Made by a program: the position numbers and the translations under genes. This document shows, piece by piece, positions 49,190 through 64,000 of a stretch of DNA of 64,000 nucleotides; within the stretch, counting starts at the first letter, position 1; every line of letters starts with the position of its first letter. The notes under the pieces were generated by a model, which was not told where the DNA came from, searched no databases, and saw only the letters and a program-made list of their open reading frames with translations. Source of the stretch: Octopus sinensis (Eukaryota); contig NC_042998.1 of assembly GCF_006345805.1 (NCBI RefSeq), positions 202,306,001 through 202,370,000 of the forward strand, read 5' to 3'.

Positions 49190-49580
49190 CCTTTCTAATA
49201 GAGGCACAAGGTATGAGATATTAGGGGAGAGGCTCAATTTATTACATTGGCCCCAGTACTTAACTAACACTTATTTTATCGACCCCGAAAGCAGGATTGC
49301 AAATCAAAGTCGACCTCTGCGGAATTTGAACTTAGAAATGTAACGACGGACGAAATACAAGTTTTTTTACTACCCACAAGGGGCTAAATACAGAGAGGAC
49401 AAACAAGGACAGACGAACGGATTAAGTCGATTACATCGACCCCAGTGCGTAACTGGTACTTATTTAATCGGCCCCGAAAGGATGAAAGGCAAAGTCGACC
49501 TCGGCGGAATTTGAACTCACAACGTAACGGCAGACGAAATACCGGTAAGCATTACGCCCGGCGTGCTAACGTCTCTGACA
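49190..49580 (-). mobile_element. Tandem family A SINE units
   Basis: Full-headed unit (about 49365-49580) followed by a second body with A'-type tail. Confidence 0.88.
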
Positions 49581-49634
49581 GCTCTGAGGAAATACCGCTA
49601 TGCAATTTGTCCGACGCAGCAAGTAACTCTGTGG

Positions 49635-49745
49635 CAGAAGAAGAAGAAGAAGAAGAAGAAGAAGAAGAAGAAGAAGAAGAAGAAGAGAAGAAGAAGAAGA
49701 AGAAGAAGAAGAAGAAGAAGAAGAAGAGGAGGAGGAGGAGGAGAA
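49635..49745. repeat. (GAA)n/(GAG)n tract
   Basis: Seen directly. Confidence 0.95.
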
Positions 49746-50462
49746 CAACAACAGTAGTGTTATATTTTGGCAAAAAAAAACGCAACCATTTTCAGGAGTT
49801 TAGCGATACATCAGTAGCAACCCTTCACTGTCATTTTAACGACATCTTGACACGCAATGTTGACCGCGGAGGGAATCGAACCAAGATGTTAAAGAATCGG
49901 AAAATACCACGAGTGACTTTGTTTTGCCCCTCCATCTAGTAATCAGCTGTGATCAAACGGAATTATGAAAAAATTGTATTTCTAGGCACCACCATCACGC
50001 TTTTTGTTTATCTATACTAAGATAATATTACCCTTGATGCCTTTACGGTGTTTTGGTTCTTTTTATTATTTTTATTGTTTTGTAAAACCTTATGCTGTCA
50101 TTTGAGATAGATTTGCTCGACATACAGTTTAGTATTAAGTTGAAACCGCCTTCTTGGTTCGAAATATGTACATCAGTAACCGTTTCATTTAGCGCAAATT
50201 ATATACGTATTTTGTAGTAATATATATTGAAAAAAAAAGAAAAGAAAACCAGGAGCGTTCGGATAAACAAACACACGCGTAACACCTTCTATCGACAACC
50301 TCGTTAGACGTTAGGTGTCACAGAGAAAGTAACACCTATAAACACACACATATATACATATATACAGCTCATATGTACATTAAAAAAATATATGCATACA
50401 TGCACACGCACGAACACATACACAAACTCATATATATACGTACATGCATATATACAATTTAT

Positions 50463-53472
<3,010 letters not shown>

Positions 53473-53567
53473 TAACAATATAGGGTGAAATTAATTAATT
53501 TGGAATAATTATTAATTACACCAAGTAGATTTCGGCATGTAAAAGCCTCATTCGAGGAAAATGTAAG

Positions 53568-54099
53568 TAATACTAAGCAATTAACGGTTTAGCAACGAAT
53601 TGCCTCACCACACACCGAATTTAGAAATAGCAGTCAAAGAGTTATAGCTATTCTTTCTACTAAAAGGGAGATCTCAGTATGTGGTGACACATACTTTCAT
53701 TCACACTTTGAATTTGGTGATACTGGTAACGGCTTTTAGCTCGCTCTGATACTGAGTTGAGATGATGCCTTCTAGTATCTCGAAATTTAATGTACAATTA
53801 TTCATAATTGTAGTGTCCTACGCTGATGAGAAAAGAAGTTGGGTAAGATATAATTATCTAATTCTTATGCTTTCCTAAAACTTAATTTCGAAACGTACGT
53901 TCGTAGGTGACTTAAAATTGTATGATAGATTGCCGTCATTTCATTCTCTCTTACCTGTTTGTGTTTGCCATTCAAGTGCTGTGTTTTTACTGAGATCTCC
54001 CTTTTAGTAGAAAGAATAGCTATAACGCTTTGACTGCTATTTCTAAATTCGGTGTGTGGTGAGGCAATTCGTTGCTAAACCCTTAATTGCTTAGTATTA
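53568..54099. repeat. Inverted repeat with 112-bp arms
   Basis: Arms 53568-53679 and 53988-54099, 2 mismatches, 308-bp spacer, (TA)n on both outer flanks. Confidence 0.95.
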
Positions 54100-54191
54100 G
54101 TATATATATATATATATATATATGTAGGTCCCGGGTTGAGTCGGGGTTAACCACAGTAAATAAGGTACTCAATATATAGCAGAGTAAATTA

Positions 54192-54322
54192 ATTTATTTT
54201 ATAGAAGGAGCTTCTACAGGACTAGAACTGTTTCATTCAAAAGAAATCATCAGGAAGCTCCTGATGATTTCTTTTGAATGAAACAGTTCTAGTCCTGTAG
54301 AAGCTCCTTCTATAAAATAAAT
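54192..54322. repeat. Perfect palindrome, 63-bp arms, 5-nt spacer
   Basis: Arms 54192-54254 and 54260-54322, spacer AAGCT. Confidence 0.97.
54207..54261 (-). ncRNA. Complete type I hammerhead ribozyme motif
   Basis: GGAGCTTC-CTGATGA-T.TTC(TTTT)GAA.T-GAAACAG(TTCTAGTC)CTGTA-GAAGCTCC: 8-bp stem I, intact core, 4-bp stem III, GUA cleavage triplet; stem II weak. Confidence 0.78.
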
Positions 54323-54354
54323 ATATATATATATATTATATATATATATATATA

Positions 54355-54410
<56 letters not shown>

Positions 54411-55796
54411 AAACATACCATACACACACCTACATATACATTTGGTTCGAAGGAGGTAGAATGATTGATTTTATAGAGATTAGTAAATAGAGAGGTCGAC
54501 AGTAGATAAATATTTACAGAGAGAGATAAAGAGAGACAGAGCGAGAGAGCGAGTAAGTAATAGATAGAGAGAGAGAAATAAAATACAGCTCTGACAAATT
54601 CAGCCGTAGCTATTTAACATTAGTTTCTAGATCTTTCATTGCATCAAACACCCTTGAAATATATTTAATAAATACAACAGTGAAGACTTAAGTTGTAGAC
54701 GCAGTTCGTCATTCCGTCTATCCGTCATTTTCAGTTTAGTCAAATCTTTTACAAGTAATTGTGCTAGGTATTCTGCCTGGCGAAAACATTCTTCTCTCTT
54801 CATATGAACCTCGAAGCACTAAAAATGAAAAAGGGAATGAAGTATATCATTGGGTCTGGTCCTCGTAGGGTCTTGAGATGATAGTCCGTGGAAGGTAAGA
54901 TGCTATCTATCCTCAGACAAGAAATTTCGCCGAATCACCTGCAACCGCATGAATCTGCTAAAATTATCCAGAAACGAGATGGTTGTACTGAATTCGTTAA
55001 CTGATTAAGCGTACCACAAATTTGGACTCTCTAGACATTTCGTAAAACACGGCTATTATATAAAAACAAATTTAAGCTAACCAAGTGAATTGAGTTGGAC
55101 ATGTTATATTTGTCTTGAATTTTTCTATGTATCAATTTGTGTTTAAATGGTATGAGCCAATTTTAGTGACAGATAGTATCATACGAGGTCGATGTTCACT
55201 GAATATATATTTCAAGTAATTGAATATGTATTTCGGTATACTGTGTTCTTTGAAATAAGCCAGCAGTTAAGTGCAATCATTAATGACTAAATAGATTTGA
55301 TTTACTATCAAAAGATGAAACAAATAATGCTCATGATTTGCATTTGGCACCTTACGTCTACCTCCATACGAAGCATTGGAGATGAAGTATTAATTGCCAA
55401 GAGGTTAAACAGAAAATAAAAGGATATAGAAGCCAATTTCCAAAGATGGGGTAACATAACAGGTTAAAGGGTAAGGTTTTCGATATTACTCTAGTATTAT
55501 CTTGTAACGTTCATTTTTACTATCGTATAATTATGAGAACTACTGAAGAATGGGTAACAGAAGGTTTTAGTCAAATATATCATCAGGCAATCAAAGTCAA
55601 CTGAATTGTTCAGGTGTTGGATAACTGGCCCTTTCAAGAAGCAATCGTTGGTAGTTCTCATCAGCTTTTCTAGGTCTGTTAGCGATGTCAACTTGATGTT
55701 GATAGGTTTTGTAACTTTGTACATGTCACTGCTGTTATGTGATTTCTAACTACATATTCTTTTCAATTTGCATATATCACATTCTTTTCAATTTGC

Positions 55797-56200
55797 GTAG
55801 GTGCAGGAGTGACTGTGTGGTAAGTAGCTTGCTAACCAACCACATGGTTCCGGGTTCAGTCCCACTACGTGGCACCTTGGGCAAGTGTCTTCTACTATAG
55901 CCTCGGGCCGACCAAAGCCTTGTGAGTGGATTTGGTAGACGGAAACTGAAAGAAACCTGTTGTGTATATGTATATGTGTGCGTGTGTGTATATGTTTGTG
56001 TGTCTGTGTTTGTCCCCTCCCCCAACATCGCTTGACAACTGATGCTGGTGTGTTTACGTCCCTGTAACTTAGCGGTTCGGCAAAAGAGACCGATAGAATA
56101 ACTACTAGACTTACAAAGATTACGTCCTGGTGTCGATTTGATCGACTAAAGGCGGTGCTCCAGCATGACCACAGTCAAATGACTGAATCAAGTAAAAGAG
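55797..56200 (+). mobile_element. SINE family B, full length
   Basis: tRNA-like head, GGGCAAGTGTCTTC core, internal TG/TA repeat, tail CAAGTAAAAGAG. Confidence 0.92.
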
Positions 56201-56560
56201 TGTGTGAATATGTGAATATGAGTGTACGTATGTGTGTGCGCATGCATGTTTGGCCAATAAAGATGAAGGAAATAACCTAATCTTATAAGAGGAATATCAC
56301 TTTCGACAATACTGTAGTCGATTTACAGTCAGTTGGGATGGCCATTGATAAAATCCTTTTACATATGAAGTCTACTGAATGAGGCTGACCACATGGTTAA
56401 AATAATCAATAACAACGGTGTTTCAAAAAGTCAAACAGAAACTGTAGTTAGACAAATTATCACCACATTCTTATTATCTTGGGAGCCACGGTTCATTGAT
56501 TATTTATTTTTTTTTTTGGTTTTTGTAATTCTTTTTTTATACAATCAAATAATGTATTAG

Positions 56561-56678
56561 TGGAAACTGCGATGTCAATAACACCAGTAGATCCGATTTC
56601 TGATGTTACCTGGCTGGAGCCATATCAACAGTACACGAACACACTCAATTGTATAAATCATCTAAAAACGGCAACAGC
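56561..56678 (+). CDS. Candidate host exon (weak FN3-like L.P...Y motif)
   Basis: T-rich tract then TATTAG acceptor, GTAAGA donor, open frame ETAMSITPVDPISDVTWLEPYQQYTNTLNCINHLKTATA. Confidence 0.2.
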
Positions 56679-58281
56679 GTAAGATATGGAATATTAAATC
56701 ACATTTAATTGTAATTACACTGAGCGTCCTGATACGCCTCGAGAATCTAATATTTTTATGTGCGTGTATTGTGGATTATTGTCTTTTTCCCTTGTGATCA
56801 TAAACGCCAGATATGTCAGTTTTTCAAAGCGAGATACTAATGCTAATGACACATGTAAATATTTCATTCGATTCTACTTGGATGATGAATTAGCACTTAA
56901 TTTATTTCATGCTATTAATCATTTATATTAGATCACACGTCAAATACCATGCAATACATTTGGTTTCTTTCGCTTGTAAACTATTATTCGATATTTTTTA
57001 ATTCATGAGTTTAAATCTGCAATATTGGAGAGTCAGATGTCTGTTAATTAATTGCGTATACATCACGTCGCATAATTCTTTCCATTATTGAAATGTGTTA
57101 AAATTATACTGTCACTTAATATACTACTTAATATAGATCGTACATAATAATAGAATTCGTTAGTCTATACTTTCATTACATCAGAATGAGAAATTAATTT
57201 GATATAAAGAAATAATTGGGAATATAAAAAAGAATGTATTGATAGAATGTATTCAACAACGGTCATCAGTCAGTGCATTCGTATAAAAATATCAAGTTGT
57301 TTAAAGAGTATCCATAAAATCTCTATGGTGTACGTGAGATTGTATAAATCATACAGTCAGTACTATATATTATAAAAAATTTAGAACTTGTTGCAAATCT
57401 CTTGCGTCTCAAAAAAATTTCATGTCATTTAAATATTTGAGATAGTCAATGAGAAAAGTTTCCTTGCAAATCATGTAAGTTTCTTACTCATAATTTCTCG
57501 TTTTTTTTTTTTATATAATTTTTAATTGATAAACCACGAAGTCTGAAGTGGAAGACAAGCATTCTTAATTTTTCATTAGATCCGGATATTTTGTATGTAT
57601 AAAACCTACGTCGATCAGAGTTCAGGGTTGCAAGGAAGCAGGCATCGATGTGTGCTTAAATATTTCATTTTGCAAACTATGCGGTTTCGAGTTCGATGTA
57701 CTATGCAGTATCTTTTACTATAGTCTTGTGTCGACTACAACCTTTTGAAACTATGCAGAATCGTATGTGGGGAACTGTTTCCCCACACTTAATCCATCAT
57801 ACTCTTCACAACCGTCATATGGTGGCTACTGTTACTTTTAGTAGAATCCACTACGTTGCAAGCAATAAGATCTTCGCAACAAGTGGGTGTGGCACTTTAT
57901 AGTGTTTTTGTTATGTTTCTTATGATTAAACCATTCAAAATTGTTATCACCCGATCAGATTCGAAGTAATTTTCTGACATTTAAGGTTTGGTATATGCTG
58001 CAGATATGCTGGCAACATGAAATTACTTACAGAAAATACGAGGATAGAATATTCGATGAGTAGCAACAGTACAGTACAAATGAGGCAATAACCGCAGGAA
58101 CAACAGCTCCTTTATGGGATCCAGTTAGCTCAAGACATCATCAGGAGCAACCACGTCCGGTTTCGGCCCCCTACTCCTCTACCATTTTGACGTGGCGCCC
58201 CCGCCTCTTTCAGTGGTGTCTTTAGTTCTGGTGTTGGGTGCACGTCTTCTTTCTTCTTCTTTCTTCTGTTCCCTGCCGAAA

Positions 58282-58285
58282 TAAA

Positions 58286-58348
<63 letters not shown>

Positions 58349-58391
58349 CAACATCAACAACAATAATAATAATAACAACAACAACAACAAC

Positions 58392-58435
<44 letters not shown>

Positions 58436-58499
58436 TGATGATGATAATGATAATGATGATGATGATGATGATGATGATGACGACGACGACGACGACCTC

Positions 58500-58532
<33 letters not shown>

Positions 58533-58540
58533 AATAATAA
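58282..58540. repeat. Compound (AAT)/(AAC)/(GAT)/(GAC) tract
   Basis: Seen directly. Confidence 0.96.
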
Positions 58541-59021
58541 TCTGCCTTCAGATGAAGTAGAATTAAACTAGCCTTTAAGCCACTGTTTATTTGATACTTT
58601 CAGCATAAATAATGTTACTTATTAATTTTACTCTGTTATTTTCATCATTGTTTGTTAAATTTCATTCTATTTATATTATATTTTGTTACAATTTTTTCTC
58701 CATATTTTATATTTCTCTTCTCACATTTGCAGTGTTTCAATCCAAATAAGAGCAGATGTATCTGCGTGGCAAAAGGTTTCCCTTCCCAACCACTGACTGG
58801 CTCTTCATATGACGTTGCGCTGCAAGCACCTCGGCACGTGACGCGTGGTACGCTATGCACCTGTTCAGATAACGTCGGTTTCATGGAGGAAGTGACCTAA
58901 TGTACAGCACATACTTTTAATCACTATAAACAAGTCATTTGTCAAGGTCGTTCGGCAAAAGCTAAATTCTCATACATCGTATATATGTATACATATATTT
59001 ATGTATATGCATGTATATACT

Positions 59022-59242
59022 CTTCTACTCTTTTACTTGTTTCAGTGCTGGAGCACCGCCTTTAGTCGAATCAAATCGACCCCAGGACTTAACTCTTTGT
59101 AAGCCTGGTACTTATTCTATCGGTCTCTTTTGCCAGGCCGCTAAGTTACGGTGACCTAAACACACCAGCATTGGTTGTCAAGCGATGTTGGGGGGACAAA
59201 CACAGATACACAACATATACATAAACATACATATATATATAT

Positions 59243-59290
<48 letters not shown>

Positions 59291-59465
59291 TTATATATAT
59301 ATACTATGGGCTTCTTTCAGTTTCCGTCTACCAAATCCACTCACAAGGCTTTGGTTGGCCCGAGGCTATAGTTGAAGACACTTGCTCAAGATGCCACGCA
59401 GTGAGACTGAACCCGAAACCATGTGGTTGGTAAACAAGCTAACTACCAAACAGCCACTCCTGCAC
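59022..59465 (-). mobile_element. SINE family B with expanded internal (TA)n
   Basis: Reverse complement of 55797-56200. Confidence 0.9.
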
Positions 59466-59469
59466 CTAT

Positions 59470-59477
59470 ATATATAC

Positions 59478-59510
<33 letters not shown>

Positions 59511-59640
59511 TGTATGTATGTATGTATGTATGTATGTGTGTATGTATGTGTGTGTGTATGTATGTATGTATGTATGTATGTATGTTTGTATGTATGTATG
59601 TGTGTATGTATGTATGTATGTGTGTATGTATGTATGGACG
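59470..59640. repeat. (TATG)n microsatellite
   Basis: Seen directly. Confidence 0.96.
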
Positions 59641-59828
59641 TGTGTATGGGTGTGCATGTATATTTGTGTTTGTCCCCCACTACCGCTTAACAACTGATGC
59701 TGGTTTATTTATTAGCGGATCGGCAATTAAATTGATAGAATAAGTTCCAGATTTTACAAAGTAAATACTCTGTTAATTTCTTCCGTTGAACTCTTCCAAG
59801 CCGTGTCCCAGCATTGCTGCAGCTTCAA

Positions 59829-60000
59829 CAGGAGGCGCAATGGCCCAATGGTTAGTGCAGCGGACTCGCGGTCGGAGGATCGCGGTTTCGATTCCCAGAC
59901 CGGGCGTTGTGTGTGTTTATTGAGCGAAAACACTTAAAGCTCCACGAGACTCCGGCAGCGTGTAGTAGCGACCCCTGTTGTACTCTTTCGCCCCAACTTA
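59829..60000 (+). mobile_element. SINE family C 5' part
   Basis: GGAGGCGCAATGGCCCAATGG...GTTTCGATTCCCAGACCGGG...GAGCGAAAACAC matches 38454-38600. Confidence 0.85.
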
Positions 60001-60409
60001 TCCTAATTCTTTCTTCCTTGTTTCTTGTCTCCGACTTCCTACGCAACCGCTTAGCCTGGATGCGCATTCAGCCATTCGTCGATGCTCTCGGTGTCGAGGG
60101 GTTGACCTGCTTTCTCTTCTGCGGGTCTTACGAATAGCATAAGGACCACGGTTCGGACCGCTCGGACCGGACCGCTCAACTGCAACAGCAACAGCAGCTT
60201 CAGCAACTGTAACAGGTAAACGATAAATACATTTACATAGATTGGGGTGTAGCACCGTTATGTAGTCTGGCCATAGGCAATCTCTTATGTGAATTCCAGT
60301 TCTGGACTGACGTTATGTTTCATACTCTAGCAATATGGTAGACATTGTTTAAAAAATTCGTGTTTACTCCACTTAATATTAAAATTTTGTTATTTAACGA
60401 GTATATATT

Positions 60410-60638
60410 TCTTTACTACCCACAAGGGGCTAAACACAGAGGGGACAATTGGGGAGAGAAAAATGGATTAAGTCGATTATATCGACTCCAGTGCGTAACT
60501 GATACTTAATTTATCGACGCCGAAAGGATGAAAGGCAAAGTCGACCTCGCCGGAATTTGAACTCGGAACGTAACGACAGTAAGAACTACGGCTACGCATT
60601 TCGCCCGGCGTGCTAACGTTTCTGCCAGCTCGCCGCCT
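60410..60638 (-). mobile_element. SINE family A, full length
   Basis: Minus-strand head GGCGGCGAGCTGGCAGAAACGTTAG...GAGTTCAAATTCC and full body. Confidence 0.92.
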
Positions 60639-60704
60639 TTTTTTAACGAGTATAAGAAACCAAAACGCTAGGATTCAAATGTCCATTTTTTTAGGGGTGG
60701 CTTG

Positions 60705-61062
60705 TTTACCAACCACATGGTTCCGGGTTCAGTCCCACTGCGTGGCACCTTGGGCAAGTGTCTTCTACTATAGCCTCGGGCCGACCAAAGCCTTGTGAGT
60801 GGATTTGGTAGACGGAAACTGAAAGAAGCCCGTCGTATATATGTATATATATGCGTGTGTGTGTTTGTGGCTGTGTTCGTCCGCCTAGCATTGCTTGACA
60901 ACCGATGCTGGTGTGTTTATGTCCTCGTTACCTAGCGTTTCGGCAAAAGAGACCGATAGAATAAGTACTGGGCTTACAAAAGAATAAGTCCCGGGGTCGA
61001 GTTGCTCGATTAAAGGCGGTGTGCTCCAGCCTGGCCGCAGTCAAATGACTGAAACAAGTAAA
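60705..61062 (+). mobile_element. SINE family B
   Basis: Close match to 55830-56200. Confidence 0.92.
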
Positions 61063-61091
61063 AAAAATTATATATATATTAATATATATAT

Positions 61092-61143
<52 letters not shown>

Positions 61144-61819
61144 CACATATATATATTTATGTTGGTCTTTCTTAAAGTATAATGTGTTAAGCCTGCTACT
61201 GACGTATTCTGAAAGGAAGAAATCAACTCCTCAACTATTGACAAATTTATTGCAATTATATTAGTTGATTTCGTTTAACAGACGTTGATATAATCAAATC
61301 TGCATAAATCACAACAAACTCATCAGCTATTAGTGAGTTTTCGTTCGACTAAAAATAACACCAAACATCACCGAAACATTTCTGTAGGTTACACTAATTC
61401 GAAATATTTTGCTTCGTTGATTTCCATAACATTTGAAAGTCTCCCGAGTGTCTAAGGTTTTTCTTTAAACTATTCCCAAGCTATTACGTGTGTTTTAATG
61501 AGTACGTCAATGTTTCTCTTAAGTAACTTTGAGGTTGTAAATCTATGTAACATCAATTTAAACTAAGAAATGAGAGATGGCGATGTTAAAAAGGTAAACT
61601 CCCGTCGATCTGTTTCTGCGATCTGGTTTCGATTTCTACTTAAACACAAATTTCATTCACTAACAAAGATACTTATGTTTGGATCTCTGAATCTTAACCT
61701 TTTTACAATAGTATTTGAAGTTTACATCGCAATGTTCTTTACTCGATTCCTTTATTGGCTGTCTTTATTACTTGGAAAAATTTCGGCCACGTCGAAGTCT
61801 TTTGCTGTTGTTGTTTTTG

Positions 61820-63960
61820 TTGCTGTTTTCTTCTTCTTCTTCTTCTTCTTCTTCTCTTCTTCTTATTCTTATTCTTCTTCTTATTCTTATATTACTTATA
61901 TTCTTCTTTTCTTATACTTCTTCTTATCTTCTTCTTTTCTTATTATTCTTTTATTATCGTCGTAGTCTTCTAATTCTTAACCTTATTCTTATTATTATAC
62001 TTCTTCTTATTCTTCTTATTCATAGTCGTAGTAGTTTTCTTATTATCTTTTATTATTCATAGTCGTCGTAGTCTTCTTCTTCTTCTTATTATTCTTCGTC
62101 GTCGTCGTAAGGTAATTCTTCTTATTATTCTTATTCTAGTCGTCGTCGATTATTTATCTTATATTTTATTAGTAGTAGTTATAGTCTTCTTCTTCTTCTT
62201 TATTTATTATTCTTATTCTTTCTTCTTCTTCATCGTAGTCGTATTTACTTCTTCTAAATTATTCTTCTTATTCTTCATCGTAGTTTCTAGGTCTTCTTAT
62301 CTTATTATTCTTATTCTTATTCTTCTTCTTATTCTAATTCTTCACCTTCTTCTTCTTCTACTTCTATTACTTCATAATTATTATACTTTTCCATTCTTAT
62401 TCTTATACTTCTTCTTATTATCTTATCATCGTCGTAGTCGTCTTATTATTATTCTTATTCTTATTCTTTATTTCTTATTCTTATTTACTTTTCTTCTTCT
62501 TCTTCTTATAATTCTTTTTCTTATTCTTAATAGTTCGTTAGTCTTATTCTTATTATTCTTTCTTCTTCTTCTTCTTATTCTTATTATAATTATTAAATTA
62601 TTATCATTATAATTATTCTTTTCTTCTTTATAGTCGTCGTCGTTTATTCTTATTCTTATTCTTCTTATTATTTTATATTCTTAAATTCTTTATTATCTTC
62701 TTCTTCTAATTATTATTATAGTCTTCTTAATCGTCGTCGCTTCTTTTGTCTTATTCTTATTCTTATTTTCTTATTCTTCTTAAAATTATATTCTTCAATT
62801 CTTATTATTACTTCTTCTTTTATTATAATCGTAGTCGTATTATTCTTCTTCTTATTCTTCTTTTCTTCTTATTTTCTTATTCTTATAATAGTAGTAGTCG
62901 TTTATTATTCTTATTCTTTTCTTCTTATTATTCTTCTTATACTTATCCCTTTTCTTCTTCTATTCTTCTTCTTATTCTTATTAATCGTCGTCGTCTTATT
63001 ATTCTTCTTATTATTCTTCTCTTTTCTTATTCTTCTTCTTCTTAATCGTCGTCGTAGTCTTCTTCTTCTTATTCTTATTCTTCTTATTATTATTCTTATT
63101 ATATTATTAATCGTCGGAGTCGTCTTTTCTTATTACTTCTTTTATTCTTATTCTTATTATTCTTAATCGTAGTCGTTCGTATTATTCTTTTCTTCTTTCT
63201 TCTTCTTATTATTATTCTTCTTCTTATTAATCGTCGTAGTCGTATTCTTATTATTCTTCTTCTTATTCTTATTCTTTTATCTTCTTCTTCTTCTAGTAGT
63301 CGTTACTTATTTATTCTTCTTCTTATTCTTCTTATTCTTCTTATCTTCTTCTTCATCGTAGTAGTTTCTTCTTATTCTTCTTCTTCTTCTTCTTCTTCTT
63401 CTTATATCTTATAGTCGTCGTCGTCTTATCTTCTTCTCTTCTTTTATTCTTCTTATTATTATTCTTCTTATTCTTCTTCTACTTCTTCCCTTCTATTCTT
63501 CTACTTATTCTTCTTCTTCTTCTTCATCGTCTTCGTCTTCTTCTTCTTCTTCTTCTTCTTCTTCTTCTTCTTCTTCTTCTTCTCTTCATCGTCGTCGTCG
63601 TCTTTTTCTTATCTTCTTCTTCTTTTCTTCTTCTTCTTCTTCTACTTCTTCCCACTTCTTCTTCTCACTTCTCTTTTTTCTTTTCATATCGTCGTCTTCT
63701 TCTTCTTCTTCTTCTTATCTTCTTCTTCTTCCTCTTCTTCTTCTTTTCTTCTTCTTCATAGTCGTCGTCGTTCTTCTTCTCTTCTTCTTATTCTTATTTT
63801 CTTCTTATTCTTCTTCTTCTCTACTTCTTCCCCTTATTCTTCTTCTACTTCTTCTTCTTCTTCTTCTTCATCGTCGTCGTCTTCTTCTTCTTCTTCTTCT
63901 TCTTCTTCGTCTTCTTCTTCTTCTTCTTCTTCTTCTTTTACTATTACTACTACCTCTGCT
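61820..63960. repeat. ~2.1-kb degenerate (TTC)/(TTA)/(TCG) low-complexity tract
   Basis: Seen directly. Confidence 0.95.
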
Positions 63961-64000
63961 GCTACTGCTGCCGCTTCTTATGCCGAGCTCGGAAGGAAGA

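Noticed and set aside
53521-53562. GAATGA-GGC..GCC-GAAA on the minus strand
   Set aside because: No CUGA, and stems I and III do not form.

Overview
This is eukaryotic, AT-rich, repeat-dominated DNA with no prokaryotic genes, rRNA, complete tRNA or CRISPR array. The tRNA-derived SINE families and very high microsatellite load resemble Octopus-type cephalopod DNA; this comes from pattern recognition, not a database search. Identifiable content: decayed Tc1/mariner elements and MITEs, a piggyBac-type MITE, Helitron pieces, RTE and CR1 relics, a Tx1/L1-like ORF1 with no ORF2, a Penelope-like GIY-YIG 3' end, many SINEs, and a dense same-strand cluster of R4/Dong-type LINE fragments separated by (AAT)n tracts (27-42.5 kb). 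No host gene is established; a few candidate exons are listed at low confidence, and most supplied ORFs are microsatellite or antisense-TE artefacts. The most unusual signal is a set of type I hammerhead ribozyme motifs from several unrelated repeat families. These include a tRNA-headed (Pol III A/B box) short element with a Penelope-type hammerhead tail (two loci) and a perfect 63-bp palindrome holding back-to-back hammerheads. SINE and relic boundaries are approximate and all alignments were done by eye.
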